DNA from: Candidatus Omnitrophota bacterium
GTDB lineage: Bacteria; Omnitrophota; Gorgyraeia; Tantalellales; Tantalellaceae
Length of the DNA stretch: 64,000 nt
Direction of reading: 5' to 3'
Assembly: GCA_015231405.1 (NCBI GenBank)
Contig: JADGBR010000004.1
Span: 64,189 to 128,188, forward strand
The translations under genes were made by a program, and so were the position numbers. Shown here piece after piece: positions 18,523 to 28,809 of the stretch (position 1 is its first letter; every line of letters starts with the position of its first letter). The notes below the pieces were generated by a model. That model ran no database searches. It was not told the origin of the DNA and saw only the letters and a program-made list of their open reading frames with translations.

Positions 18523-19925
18523 TTGCTTTTCAGATAAACCCTTATCCCTCCGAGTAGAGCCCTGTATAAAGCGTTAAGGGCCTTAGGCACATATGCCCGG
18601 TTAGTGATACATATAAGCTTGATCACCTTTCTCCACCGGCACAGAAATTCGTAAGTTCCGCCGTCCAGCCATGCCGGCCTGCCTTTATTTTTCATCTCGA
18701 ATATCCGCGACCAGTCCTCCAGCGTGAACTCCCCGGCCTTATCCGCCAAACATTCTTTCGCTATGGCCGTCCCCGGAGTAGGTATAAGGAACGGGCTATC
18801 GCATATAGCCCGTTCGTTCTCGAGCAGGATATCGATATTCATAAGGATAGTCTCTATCGTATCTTTTTTTGTTTCGCCGGGAAAACCCTGTATCGTGACA
18901 AAATGAGGTATGATGTTCAAACCGCGGAGTTTCCTGTTAGCGTGAAGCACGTCCTCCTTGGAAGCGAACTTATTCACCATCTTAAGTATCCTTTCGGAAC
19001 CTGACTCCGCCCCGAAGGTCAGCATCCTGCAACCCGACCTCTCTATCTTTTCGATAGTGGCCGGCGTGGCTCTCGCCATATAATCCGTCCTCGCGTTCGT
19101 ATACCACTTGATCCCCACATTCTCTTTTATCAGAAGATCCAGAATGCTTTCGGCTCGTTTGATATTCCCGAAGAAATTATCGTCTATGAACGTAAAATTA
19201 GTGACGCCGTATTTCCGGATATACGTTTTTATATCCTCCACTACCCTCTCGGGCGGTAAAGCCCTCCATTTTTTCTTACGCACCGACTCCGTGCAGAAAG
19301 AACATGAAAAAGGGCATCCTCTGCTTGTCTCGACGGGAAGCACTTTTTCCCCTTCGCACCAAAGGTCCCGGGAACGGTAATTATCAAGGTCAATAAGGCC
19401 GAACGGAATGAGCGGGACACTTTCGATATTAGCGGGCTCGCCCGGGCCGGTCAATATTATTTCACCGTTCTTTTTAAAACCGATACCCGGAAGGCCGCTA
19501 AGATCGCTCTTGGAAGCGCCTATCATCTCCATAAGCTTTGGAAAAGTATTTTCACCGTCATCCCTGACGATAATATCTACGAACTCGTTCGCTATGGTCG
19601 ACCCGGGCTCAAGAGAAGCGTGGACCCCTCCCCACACGACCGGGATATCCGAAAGCTCCTTAACTAATTTTGAAACGCGCAGCGCCCCCGTTATGTGGCT
19701 CCCGCTCATCGAGGATACCCCGACGCAAAGCGGACCTTTTTTGAGTTCTTCGGATAATTTCATGTCAAAATCCGGCTCAGCCCGCTCGTCAAGAACGGTC
19801 ACATCCATACCCTTTTCGACAAGCGGCGCCGCGACCGTCAATATGCCGAGAGGCGGACGGTCAGGCATTTTACTTTCTCCGGGCTTTGCCGGATAAACCA
19901 GAACGACCCTGTTATTTCGATCCAT
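18519..19925 (-). CDS. B12-binding domain radical SAM protein (class B rSAM), paralog 2
   Basis: 468 aa. It has an N-terminal B12-binding-like domain, then CPFSCSFC. It overlaps the neighbouring gene by 4 nt. Confidence 0.8.
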   Translation of the reverse strand: MDRNNRVVLVYPAKPGESKMPDRPPLGILTVAAPLVEKGMDVTVLDERAEPDFDMKLSEELKKGPLCVGVSSMSGSHITGALRVSKLVKELSDIPVVWGGVHASLEPGSTIANEFVDIIVRDDGENTFPKLMEMIGASKSDLSGLPGIGFKKNGEIILTGPGEPANIESVPLIPFGLIDLDNYRSRDLWCEGEKVLPVETSRGCPFSCSFCTESVRKKKWRALPPERVVEDIKTYIRKYGVTNFTFIDDNFFGNIKRAESILDLLIKENVGIKWYTNARTDYMARATPATIEKIERSGCRMLTFGAESGSERILKMVNKFASKEDVLHANRKLRGLNIIPHFVTIQGFPGETKKDTIETILMNIDILLENERAICDSPFLIPTPGTAIAKECLADKAGEFTLEDWSRIFEMKNKGRPAWLDGGTYEFLCRWRKVIKLICITNRAYVPKALNALYRALLGGIRVYLKSK

Positions 19926-20742
19926 TCGCGACCTTCCTTATAAACGCCCTGTGCCATATCCGCATTATATTCAGCAGCTTCCATGGCCAGGGACAAGCGA
20001 GAATAATAAAAGCGGTCCCTTCTATCGGGTTAGCGGGATTTTTTCTTGAAAAAATATCATTTAAACGCCCGGTCCTCTCCCGTCCCTTAAGAAGCTTTTC
20101 GTCTTCGGCAGTTCCTTCATTCATGTACAACTTTAGTTCTTTATCCAACAGCAGCCTCATCCCCGAACGTCTGGCCCTTATCGTGAACTCGTAATCGGAG
20201 TGACAGTGGGGTAATAAATACGGATAAAAACCGCCCAGCTTCAAAAAATCACCGGCGGACAAGAACACTCCCCTGGTTGAAAAACAGTTGATCTTCCGAT
20301 CGTCATCGGTCATACGGAACGACAACTTGCTCCAGTCAACATGCACCCCTGAGTCCAACGCCTCTCCCGTTATCCTGTCCGTATTATAAGAATGTATCAT
20401 GTAATTGTTTTTCCCGCGCATGGCGACCGCGCCCCTTTCCAAAAAGGAGCTATCCATTTCCGTATCGTCATTCACTATAAGGATCAACTCTTCTCCGGGG
20501 ATAGCGTTATCCCTGACCCACTCATACCCTTTTTGCAGCGCCCCAGCCCACCACCAATCCCCTTTGCCTCTTATTACATCGCAGGAAGGAACTTTATCCT
20601 TGACCATCCGATCCGTTCCATCCAGGGAACCATCGTCTATCAAAACCAGATGAAAGCGCCGATACGTCTGCGCAAGCAGAGAATTAACGAATTTCTCCGT
20701 TACATTTTTCCTGTTATGGACAGGAAGCAATATGTATATCAT
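19912..20742 (-). CDS. GT2-family glycosyltransferase
   Basis: Start at MIYILLPVHNRKN. Motifs: LIDDGSLDGT and a DxD in VNDDTE. The track ORF extends to 20808. Confidence 0.75.
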   Translation of the reverse strand: MIYILLPVHNRKNVTEKFVNSLLAQTYRRFHLVLIDDGSLDGTDRMVKDKVPSCDVIRGKGDWWWAGALQKGYEWVRDNAIPGEELILIVNDDTEMDSSFLERGAVAMRGKNNYMIHSYNTDRITGEALDSGVHVDWSKLSFRMTDDDRKINCFSTRGVFLSAGDFLKLGGFYPYLLPHCHSDYEFTIRARRSGMRLLLDKELKLYMNEGTAEDEKLLKGRERTGRLNDIFSRKNPANPIEGTAFIILACPWPWKLLNIMRIWHRAFIRKVANGSK

Positions 20743-20765
20743 TACTTCACTCGATCCAACGGCAT

Positions 20766-21803
20766 TCATAGATAGTCCCAATCGTAAGATCTCCTTGTCA
20801 TGGACCATGGTATGAGTGTGTTCTTAAATTTTTCTCTGACGATCTCCAATTCCTCGTCAGTAGGTTCGGAATGAAAACCCCATTTTTCAAGAAAAAACCC
20901 TTCGACCTTGTCGATATCCTCTTTGATGATATCCCACGACCTTGTGTTCCCGCCGGCCTTATTTCCCCTGAAATGAAAATATTCGATATCGGGGACCCAG
21001 ATATTCGGAAAATTGAGCCGGAGCGCCCTTAACCCCCAATCCTCATCCACCAAAAGAGCGTTCCCGGTCCCCCAGTCATCGCAATCCCCTATTTTATTCA
21101 GTGTTTCCATACGTATAAGCACAAAGTGGTTGAAAGGGGCGTGACATCGGACGATACCCGCGGGCATATCAGCGACAAGACCCCTTATCCTGCCGACGGG
21201 TTTGGGATATGGCAGTGTTTTCCCTGTCAGCTTCCTTAACGAATAATTACAAAAATGATAAAATGTGTCCGCAAGTGGCCCCCGCTTCCACCAGTTTTCG
21301 GGAAAAACATGGAACTGGAATAATTTCCTTCTGTCCCAGCCATTTTCTTGCCTATGGTCTATATGATATCCGGACCTTACAGACGGGCTAAAATCGCCAT
21401 ATTTCCACCCGGTATCCGTAAAGCTCACCCACCCGACCTCGCGGCCTAAACGTTCAAGATAACCACTCACTTTACCATAGAAATCCCCTGTCAAAAGCTC
21501 TATATCGTCATGGGACTTTACAAAATACCTGCACGCTCCGGCTTCTCTTATGGCGGCATTGATAAAAGACGCCCATGAAACATTTTTTTCCTGAAAAACC
21601 CTGAAATTCCCGCTATGTATCGACACATATCTTTTCACAAAACGGCTGACAGCCGGGTCAATGTTCAGACCCAGCGAAATAAGCACTCGCCAATCACAAG
21701 CGCCGATATTACGCCTAAAGGAATCGAAAGCCCTCCCGACGAGTTTTACTGATGAACCCGGAGACCCTACCCTAATGGCGATGATCAGATCATTCATTTC
21801 CAT
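20766..21803 (-). CDS. Hypothetical protein, possible GT-A-fold glycosyltransferase
   Basis: 345 aa. VKSHDDIELL is a DxD-like motif. Nothing else is recognisable. Confidence 0.3.
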   Translation of the reverse strand: MEMNDLIIAIRVGSPGSSVKLVGRAFDSFRRNIGACDWRVLISLGLNIDPAVSRFVKRYVSIHSGNFRVFQEKNVSWASFINAAIREAGACRYFVKSHDDIELLTGDFYGKVSGYLERLGREVGWVSFTDTGWKYGDFSPSVRSGYHIDHRQENGWDRRKLFQFHVFPENWWKRGPLADTFYHFCNYSLRKLTGKTLPYPKPVGRIRGLVADMPAGIVRCHAPFNHFVLIRMETLNKIGDCDDWGTGNALLVDEDWGLRALRLNFPNIWVPDIEYFHFRGNKAGGNTRSWDIIKEDIDKVEGFFLEKWGFHSEPTDEELEIVREKFKNTLIPWSMTRRSYDWDYL

Positions 21804-22803
21804 GTCCCGATATATCCATGTATTTACAAGAGTTCTTTACCGTGACGTGGTGGGCTGTATAAAAATCCCGTTTATCCTTCTCATTAGCGAATACCAAAAC
21901 CCCTCCCAAACCCAGGATCTCCCCTTCATAATCCCGGAGCCCCAGGCTCGAGAACGCCGCTACCCTTTTAAATCTATTCATGACAAGTTCCACCGGAATA
22001 TATCTGGATACCTCCCTGGACATCGCCTTGACGCGAAGTCCATCCAGACAGCTTTTATAGCTATTAGGATGGCTTTTATGATAAAGGTTCATCCCCTTCC
22101 CAATTAATGCCAATAGAACAGTCTCAAGTTTTTTACCCGTCTCCGTCACATCCACGCCCTTTATGTCCTGCATCGGATAATCCACTATCAAAAGACTGTT
22201 GGGTAAAACATCCTCAAGTCCTTTTATCCTGGGTCCCAGCGCGCCGGAAAGCTCAGCCCATTCGCGCCCGCCACGCCTCGCCATGGCCGCATCATCATAA
22301 CCATACATTTTAGCCCTATGTCCTGATATTTCTGATATTTTTATCTCGAATCCATATAAAACCCTCATGAGGAAGGAGTATTTGATCGTTTCTTTCAGAT
22401 TCGGCACTACAGGCTTTTTCATGGCGTCCATATGTTTATCGGAATTGATAAATATGATCGTTGCTCCCCTTTTCCTCAAATGGTCTATCAGAAAAAAGAA
22501 TGCCATCGTATACAAGTTGCAAAAATAATAAACTTTGCCTGCCTCACCCGCGAGGAAAGGGAAAGTATCATTCAACCAGCGCCTGACCTTGGCCGGGTTC
22601 GAGATAAACAAAAAACCGCTATCGACCTCGTCAATGTTTATAATTTCGGTCGTATTCGAAACTATGACTTCGCCGAGAAAATCGAACAAGTCACGGTTCG
22701 CGAGGACTACTACCCGATTTATCTCATCCTCGCGGAACACATTGAAAAAATCCTTAAGGCACACATACGAGGACACGCAAAATATGTTCATTTTACCGGC
22801 CAT
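21790..22803 (-). CDS. Hypothetical protein; candidate CMP-sugar (nonulosonate/Kdo-type) transferase with an HP motif
   Basis: 337 aa. LYHKSHPNSYKS contains an H-P dipeptide like the CMP-binding HP motif of sialyl/Kdo transferases (GT52/GT80/KpsS). It lies immediately upstream of the CMP-nonulosonate operon. Confidence 0.3.
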   Translation of the reverse strand: MAGKMNIFCVSSYVCLKDFFNVFREDEINRVVVLANRDLFDFLGEVIVSNTTEIINIDEVDSGFLFISNPAKVRRWLNDTFPFLAGEAGKVYYFCNLYTMAFFFLIDHLRKRGATIIFINSDKHMDAMKKPVVPNLKETIKYSFLMRVLYGFEIKISEISGHRAKMYGYDDAAMARRGGREWAELSGALGPRIKGLEDVLPNSLLIVDYPMQDIKGVDVTETGKKLETVLLALIGKGMNLYHKSHPNSYKSCLDGLRVKAMSREVSRYIPVELVMNRFKRVAAFSSLGLRDYEGEILGLGGVLVFANEKDKRDFYTAHHVTVKNSCKYMDISGHGNE

Positions 22804-22810
22804 ATTACAC

Positions 22811-24610
22811 CTAAAGGATTTTCGCTATCTCGGTCATGTGCCTGAACCCGGGGCATTTCTCCAGAAGCTCGGCATAAGATCCGGAACCCGCGAGCCCCCC
22901 TTTTTCCAGAAAAAATATCGTATCACAATTCCTTATAGTCGTGAGCCTGTGGGCTATCATTACAACGGTTTTCCTCGCAGTTATCTCTAACAGGACCTTC
23001 ATGAACATGCGCTCGGTTTCATTATCCAGAGCCGCGGTCGCCTCGTCCATCACCAGAACATCCGGATCATGGTACAGCGCCCTCGCTATGCCGACACGCT
23101 GTCTTTCCCCTCCGGAAATACGCGTACCTTTCTCCCCGATAACGGTCCCTATTTTTTCCGGCAAAGAACGGACGAGAGCCTCAAGCTGTGCCATCTTCAA
23201 AACGTCCCACACCCTCCCCTCGTCTATCTCGCCCTCCGGAACGCCGAAGGCGACATTGGCCTTGATCGTATCATCGGAGAGATATATGTCCTGGGGTATA
23301 TACCCGATCTGTCTCTGCCACCCCGCGATATTCCCGGCCACGTCCGCTCCATCCACGCAAACGCTTCCGGCCGTGGGCTTTAAAAGGCCCAGTAAAATAT
23401 CCACCGCCGTCGTCTTCCCTGCGCCCGAAGGCCCTACGAACCCTACGACTTTCCTCACGGGTATATTTATGGATACAGTCTTAAGGGCCAACCCCGCTGA
23501 TCCTTCGTACCTAAAAGAAACATTCCGAAATTCTATGTTCTTCTCGAACGCCGTTTTAACGAAAGTACCGCTCCCCGGGACCATATCCGCCGACCTTTCG
23601 CAATCAACGAGATCCCGGTATATCCGGTTAAAAGACGGAATATAAAAACGTATTGTATTGACCGATGTGCTTATCCTGGTAAGGCTCGGCATAAGTCGGG
23701 CGGCGGCCACTGCCAGCATCGAAAGCCTGAAAAGAACACCCCGACTGTCAGACCCGCTCATCAGAAGACCTATCATGACGAGAAGCACAAGGGCCACCGC
23801 GACCGTCTCTATGTAGAACCTCGGAGCCTGAGTGATAACCTGTTTAAAATGGGCCGCGCGGATGACTTCCTTAAAATGATGGGAATATGCGTCGCTGAAG
23901 AAGTCCTCACAGCCTAATATTTTTGTCTCTTTAATGCTGCCCAGACCCTGGTTAACGTTCTGGATAGTCTTGCCTATATGGTACTGCTGCATCTCGCCAT
24001 GCGCCCGCAATTTTTTTCGTACAAGGACATAAAACAACAGCATGGAAAGCGCCAGAACGGCTATCACGCTCCCTGAAATAACGAAACTCGTCCATAAAAG
24101 CGCCGCGCAGATGATGATAACTACCGCGCCCTCCGTAAATATAAGCAGTATAGGCCACAACAGACCCTGCGACAGGACAAAGACGTTCTGGATATTCCGC
24201 AAAAGCTCGGCGGAGTTCCTCTGGAGATGGAACGTATAAGGGCTTAAAAGATATGAACGATAAAGCCTGGATGAAAGGCGCAAACACTTCCTATTCATAA
24301 AAAGGCTCTGGAAATGGACGGCCAGGCACAGGTAAAGGTTCTTGACAACGAACACCGCGATAAGCCCCGCTCCGGCACATATCATGAACCCGTTGAATGA
24401 GCCCCCGGAAAAACGGACAAATATCCCGTTTAAAAATGGATTTGAGTTAACGAGCTCTGGTCTGTTAAGCAACGCTATGAACGGAAGAAGCGCCCCTATG
24501 CCTATGACCTCGAAGCACGCCCCAGCAAGTATCATGGCCAAAAGGCAAAAGATCCCGATCTTCTCTTTACCGTCGAATATATCCCAGAGTTTCGCTAAGA
24601 GGTCCTTCAT
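22811..24610 (-). CDS. ABC transporter, fused permease/ATP-binding protein (MsbA/PglK-type exporter)
   Basis: 599 aa. It has a six-TM N-terminal domain plus an NBD with Walker A GPSGAGKTT, signature LSGGERQRV and Walker B VLVMDEAT. Confidence 0.9.
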   Translation of the reverse strand: MKDLLAKLWDIFDGKEKIGIFCLLAMILAGACFEVIGIGALLPFIALLNRPELVNSNPFLNGIFVRFSGGSFNGFMICAGAGLIAVFVVKNLYLCLAVHFQSLFMNRKCLRLSSRLYRSYLLSPYTFHLQRNSAELLRNIQNVFVLSQGLLWPILLIFTEGAVVIIICAALLWTSFVISGSVIAVLALSMLLFYVLVRKKLRAHGEMQQYHIGKTIQNVNQGLGSIKETKILGCEDFFSDAYSHHFKEVIRAAHFKQVITQAPRFYIETVAVALVLLVMIGLLMSGSDSRGVLFRLSMLAVAAARLMPSLTRISTSVNTIRFYIPSFNRIYRDLVDCERSADMVPGSGTFVKTAFEKNIEFRNVSFRYEGSAGLALKTVSINIPVRKVVGFVGPSGAGKTTAVDILLGLLKPTAGSVCVDGADVAGNIAGWQRQIGYIPQDIYLSDDTIKANVAFGVPEGEIDEGRVWDVLKMAQLEALVRSLPEKIGTVIGEKGTRISGGERQRVGIARALYHDPDVLVMDEATAALDNETERMFMKVLLEITARKTVVMIAHRLTTIRNCDTIFFLEKGGLAGSGSYAELLEKCPGFRHMTEIAKIL

Positions 24611-24620
24611 GATCTATGCT

Positions 24621-25832
24621 TCATGAGAAATGATCGATCGTCTTTGAAAGAGATCTGGCCTGATCCCCCATTTCCTCATCGTTCTTCTGATTGGTAGTAA
24701 ATTGCATGAGTTGAGGCTGGATCAATTCGGCGTTAGGGCATATCCCCTTATCCGTAACCATCCTGCCGCCAAGGCCTATCGACCTTAACAGCTTTTTCAC
24801 GTCATCGATGCAATCTTCCTGGTATGTGAGCGCCCACGCCGCGTATATCCCGTCCCCCCCGTTCTCCACATGTTTCTTTCTAAAATCAGTCCATTTAATA
24901 TCCTGGCGCAAAAACCTGAGACCAAAGGTAAAATATGAGTTCCTGTCGCCCGCGGGAACGGATTGCGGCTTAAGCCATTCATACCCGGAAATAACGTCCA
25001 GATATAGCCCCGCCATCTTCTCCCTTTTCTCAACGAACCAGTCCAGCTTTTCAAGCTGAGCCAGGGCCAGCGCGGCCGCGACCTCGGATAACCTGTACAT
25101 GAACCCGAACATGTCATGCCGCTTATAAGCCGGGTCCTGGAACAGATTCTTGTCTATGCGGACTTTTCCGGACAGCGCGCTCGCGTTACGGAAACCTATC
25201 GAGCTCAATTTCCTTATCCTGGTCGCGAGAGCTTCATCATTCGTGGCTATTATCCCACCATCGCCGCATGTCAGGTGTTTCGAGTTCTCGAAACTCCAGC
25301 TGCCGACATCGGCGGTAGTTCCGCCTATTTTACCGCGGTGCGTCCCGAGGAAACACTGAGCGCTGTCCTCAAGGACCTTCAAATTAAATTCCCTGGCGAT
25401 ATTCATTATCTCGGTCATGTTACATACCTGCCCATAAAGATGCACGGGCATGATAGCTTTAGTCCGGGATGTGATCTTTTTTCTTACATCGGCCGGATCA
25501 ATGAGAAAAGTATCCTTATCAACGTCCGCGAAAACAGGGACCGCATTGCAATAAAGCACCGCGTACATGCATGAAATGACCGTAAGCGCCGGGATAATGA
25601 CCTCATCCCCGTATCCAACCCCTAAGGCCACGAGCGCCGCGTGAAGCGTCGTCGTGCCGGAATTGAATGTCACGGCGTATCTCATACCAAAGCGCTCGGC
25701 GAAAGCCCTTTCTATCCTTGAATTCATGTTCCCGGAAGTCCCGCTCGCGAAACCGGAATCAAGCACCTCATTGATATACTTTCTTTCCCTTTCATCGAAC
25801 CGCCAGGAGAGATCTCCCATGATACCCGTCAC
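24621..25832 (-). CDS. DegT/DnrJ/EryC1/StrS-family PLP-dependent sugar aminotransferase (LegC/PseC-like)
   Basis: 403 aa. The conserved fold is present, including ...SFENSKHLTCGDGG... (the lysine region). Confidence 0.85.
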   Translation of the reverse strand: MTGIMGDLSWRFDERERKYINEVLDSGFASGTSGNMNSRIERAFAERFGMRYAVTFNSGTTTLHAALVALGVGYGDEVIIPALTVISCMYAVLYCNAVPVFADVDKDTFLIDPADVRKKITSRTKAIMPVHLYGQVCNMTEIMNIAREFNLKVLEDSAQCFLGTHRGKIGGTTADVGSWSFENSKHLTCGDGGIIATNDEALATRIRKLSSIGFRNASALSGKVRIDKNLFQDPAYKRHDMFGFMYRLSEVAAALALAQLEKLDWFVEKREKMAGLYLDVISGYEWLKPQSVPAGDRNSYFTFGLRFLRQDIKWTDFRKKHVENGGDGIYAAWALTYQEDCIDDVKKLLRSIGLGGRMVTDKGICPNAELIQPQLMQFTTNQKNDEEMGDQARSLSKTIDHFS

Positions 25833-25838
25833 CTCCGT

Positions 25839-26552
25839 CTAATGAGTTCCGCGCTTTTTCATTATTTCCTCTATGATTGCAAGGTCCCACTCATCGTCCA
25901 CCTCGTAATTCTGCCACCTCTCTATAAAAAGAGGGATAGTCCTGGCCGTATCGAACGTTCTTGCCCTGCAAAAGGGCCCGACCTTCGCGAGATACAGAAC
26001 TCCATACGGGAAGTAGGCTTTTCCCCTGTCCTGGCGGCGGTAGACAGCCTTCAGCCCCGAATACGGCAGCATCCTTCCGGAGCTGATCTTTTTCGCCAAA
26101 CATGGATGCTCCAGGTGTATTTCACCCAGCGTCATGAGATTGTCCATCCCAGGCTTCCCGATCAATTCCTTTATGCCATTATCGATATCCTCATCCCTTC
26201 TTAACGGCGAAGTAGGCTCCAAAAGGGCGATGAAATCGAACGATACCCCTTTCTTCTTAAAATGCCCCAGAGCATGAAGTATGACATCGGAAGCTTTCGC
26301 GGTATCGGACGCCAGCTTTCGCGGACGGATAAAAGGGACTTCCGCCCCGCACTGAACGGAAATATCCGCGATCTCACGGTCATCCGTCGAAACGACCACT
26401 TTGTCGGCATATTCGCTTTTCATAGCCTGCTCTATCGTCCAGGCTATGAGAGGCTTGCCCCCCAGATCCCTGATATTTTTACGGGGAAGGCCTTTACTCC
26501 CGCCCCTGGCCGGTATAAGAGCCAATATTTTTTTTCCTTTGTACATTGTCAT
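25839..26552 (-). CDS. Acylneuraminate cytidylyltransferase family (CMP-nonulosonate synthetase, NeuA/LegF/PseF-like)
   Basis: 237 aa. ILALIPARGGSKGLPRKN is the hallmark CMP-NeuAc synthetase P-loop. Confidence 0.85.
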   Translation of the reverse strand: MTMYKGKKILALIPARGGSKGLPRKNIRDLGGKPLIAWTIEQAMKSEYADKVVVSTDDREIADISVQCGAEVPFIRPRKLASDTAKASDVILHALGHFKKKGVSFDFIALLEPTSPLRRDEDIDNGIKELIGKPGMDNLMTLGEIHLEHPCLAKKISSGRMLPYSGLKAVYRRQDRGKAYFPYGVLYLAKVGPFCRARTFDTARTIPLFIERWQNYEVDDEWDLAIIEEIMKKRGTH

Positions 26553-26572
26553 CCCTTACGATCTTTTTTTCG

Positions 26573-27655
26573 TTAACCTTTAAGACTGTCGCTGACAAGC
26601 CTTATATCGCACCGGGAACTGCATTTGTAATTGCCGGGAAATCCACCGTATATGTGCCGCTTCCTGAATTCCTCATAGCGCTTTCCATTCCATATTTCCC
26701 CGAGAGTCTCGGTAGAAACGTTGCCCATGACCATCTCGGCATTGTAGTCCTGCGTACAAGGGACCACGGACCCGTCGGCCATGACCGTCAGGGACATCCA
26801 CGGGAATTCGCAATACTGCGACTCGTAATGCGATCTGCATTCAAGTTCCTCGGACCCTTCATAAAGCCATCTATTGTCCTGGCTTTTCACATAGGCATAC
26901 ACCGGCTCCTCCCGCCATAAGCTCAGAAAATCCTCGCACATCTTTTCCATATGCGGTCCGGACTCAAGAGCCAGCATCACAACGGTTATCTTTGTTTTAA
27001 TGGCCGGATCTCTCTCCTTGATACTTATCAGCTCCTTGACCTTCCTGTACGAATCTGTGAAATTGCTTTTTTCACCTCGTATCTTTTTCTCAGTCAAATC
27101 GTCCAAGCTGTCCATAGAAAATTTAATGACGCCAAGACCGTTTTTCATCATTTCGGCGACTTTCTCCACCTTTATGTTCGCCGGCATACATGAAAAGTAA
27201 GTAGGCACACCCATCCTCGTACATGCTTTTATCCTTTCACCTATATGCGGATCAAGAAGAGGGTCGCCGAACCCATGCAGAACAAGATATCTTGAACTAG
27301 TATAGAAATAAAAAGCGTTCTCACTCATCTCCGAAGGATAAATAGAATATGTCCTCTGAATAAACCCGTCAAAATCGTCCAGGTCCTCTCCGGTGAAAGG
27401 TTTGATCTGTGACAAGACCTTTTCAAAAAGCTCCATGTCCATAGTCTTGATGGGGCGATCCATAAGAGTCGTACGCGGACACATGATACAAGTCATGTTA
27501 CATACGTTAGTAGTTTCGATATTAAAAACGGCCGGCAACCTTGAACGCTCGCGCTCGAAAAACGCGGCTATTTCTTCCTCACCAGGTTTTTCATCCGGAC
27601 CGGTTATCCTTCTTTTTATATCCCCGCAAACCCTGAAAAACCGAATATCATACAT
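26573..27655 (-). CDS. Radical SAM protein with C-terminal SPASM/twitch-like Cys cluster
   Basis: 360 aa. CNMTCIMC (CxxxCxxC) is at about residue 52. The C-terminus has Cys-rich CEFPW...CTQDYN...CSSRC. Confidence 0.75.
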   Translation of the reverse strand: MYDIRFFRVCGDIKRRITGPDEKPGEEEIAAFFERERSRLPAVFNIETTNVCNMTCIMCPRTTLMDRPIKTMDMELFEKVLSQIKPFTGEDLDDFDGFIQRTYSIYPSEMSENAFYFYTSSRYLVLHGFGDPLLDPHIGERIKACTRMGVPTYFSCMPANIKVEKVAEMMKNGLGVIKFSMDSLDDLTEKKIRGEKSNFTDSYRKVKELISIKERDPAIKTKITVVMLALESGPHMEKMCEDFLSLWREEPVYAYVKSQDNRWLYEGSEELECRSHYESQYCEFPWMSLTVMADGSVVPCTQDYNAEMVMGNVSTETLGEIWNGKRYEEFRKRHIYGGFPGNYKCSSRCDIRLVSDSLKG

Positions 27656-27681
27656 AACTATTCCCCGCCGGAGCCGTAAGG

Positions 27682-28809
27682 CTAAACTGTATCGACAAAA
27701 TATTTCTGAAGTTTCACATCCCAGAACCCGGGCCTTTTTACCGTCCTGATGAACCGCTCGGCGCTTTTACCGTCGCCGAAGTGCATTGACCTTTTCTTTT
27801 TTATCCCGGGCACCTTATTGATAGCCGTAAGAATGTCTTCTTTTGATCCCAGACAATTAATTATGGTATCGCATAAATAGCGCCGCTCCTGGCGGTTCCC
27901 GATATTGACGCTCGGAATAGAATATATCGGCGCTTCTCTTATGCCCGCGCTGGAGTTCCCGATTATGAACTCGCAATGTTTAAGAAGCACCAGAAAACTC
28001 TCGAAACGCGTCGAAGGGAATATCCTAAAACGCGGATTACCCCTATAAAGCTCGATCTCCTCAATAATAATGTCAGCCCCGGGGTCATTGTTGGGATATA
28101 TGAGAATATAGTTCCTTCCCGACTCGATCAAAGACTCCATGACCGCCCTGAAATCTCTCAGAAGGTTGTGAAGATTGTGGCTGACCGGATGATAGATGCA
28201 CATGGCGTATTTATCTTTGAACGGTATAGCGTAATGCCTTTTCACCGTATCAAGAGCAGGAAGGCTATCGGAGACCATCAAATCTATATCTGGAGACCCT
28301 ATCACATTTATACTTTTGGGGTCCTCGCCCATGCGTAGAAGCCTTTTACGCGCCTCATCATTAGCCGCGAAATGCACATGCGCCAGTTTCGAGACGGCAT
28401 GCCTGATAGACTCGTCGATCGCCCCGGAAACCTCTCCTCCTTCAATGTGCGCCACAAAGAAATTATTCAATACCCCTGAAATAGCCCCGGCGAGAGCCTC
28501 GGTACGGTCGCCGTGAATGACCAGCATGTCCGGCTTCAAAAGATGCAGGTAATTGCCCAGGCCCTGGACGGTATTGGTAAATATCGTATCCAATGAGTCA
28601 CCGAGTTTCTGGTTGATGAAATAATGTATTTTCTTAAAACCCCTTTTTTTGACTTCGCTGGCGGTGTTCCCGTATTTTGGGAGCATGTGCATGCCTGTAA
28701 CGAATATGTACAGCTTAAACCCCCGTTCCTTTTCTAACGCGTGCATCAAAGGCCGTAATTTCCCGAAATCGGCCCGAGACCCGGTAAGGAATAAGATCTT
28801 TTTAACCAT
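27682..28809 (-). CDS. neuC: UDP-N-acetylglucosamine 2-epimerase (hydrolysing), NeuC/LegG-like
   Basis: 375 aa. Motifs: GSRADFGKL...HIEGGE... Confidence 0.85.
   Translation of the reverse strand: MVKKILFLTGSRADFGKLRPLMHALEKERGFKLYIFVTGMHMLPKYGNTASEVKKRGFKKIHYFINQKLGDSLDTIFTNTVQGLGNYLHLLKPDMLVIHGDRTEALAGAISGVLNNFFVAHIEGGEVSGAIDESIRHAVSKLAHVHFAANDEARKRLLRMGEDPKSINVIGSPDIDLMVSDSLPALDTVKRHYAIPFKDKYAMCIYHPVSHNLHNLLRDFRAVMESLIESGRNYILIYPNNDPGADIIIEEIELYRGNPRFRIFPSTRFESFLVLLKHCEFIIGNSSAGIREAPIYSIPSVNIGNRQERRYLCDTIINCLGSKEDILTAINKVPGIKKKRSMHFGDGKSAERFIRTVKRPGFWDVKLQKYFVDTV

Noticed and set aside
22941-23645. 234-aa plus-strand ORF inside the ABC exporter gene, and similar long antisense ORFs at 60019-60564 and 19408-19896
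   Set aside because: They are antisense to genes with unambiguous Walker/ABC or rSAM motifs. Their Ser/Pro/Arg-rich composition is typical of shadow ORFs in GC-moderate DNA.
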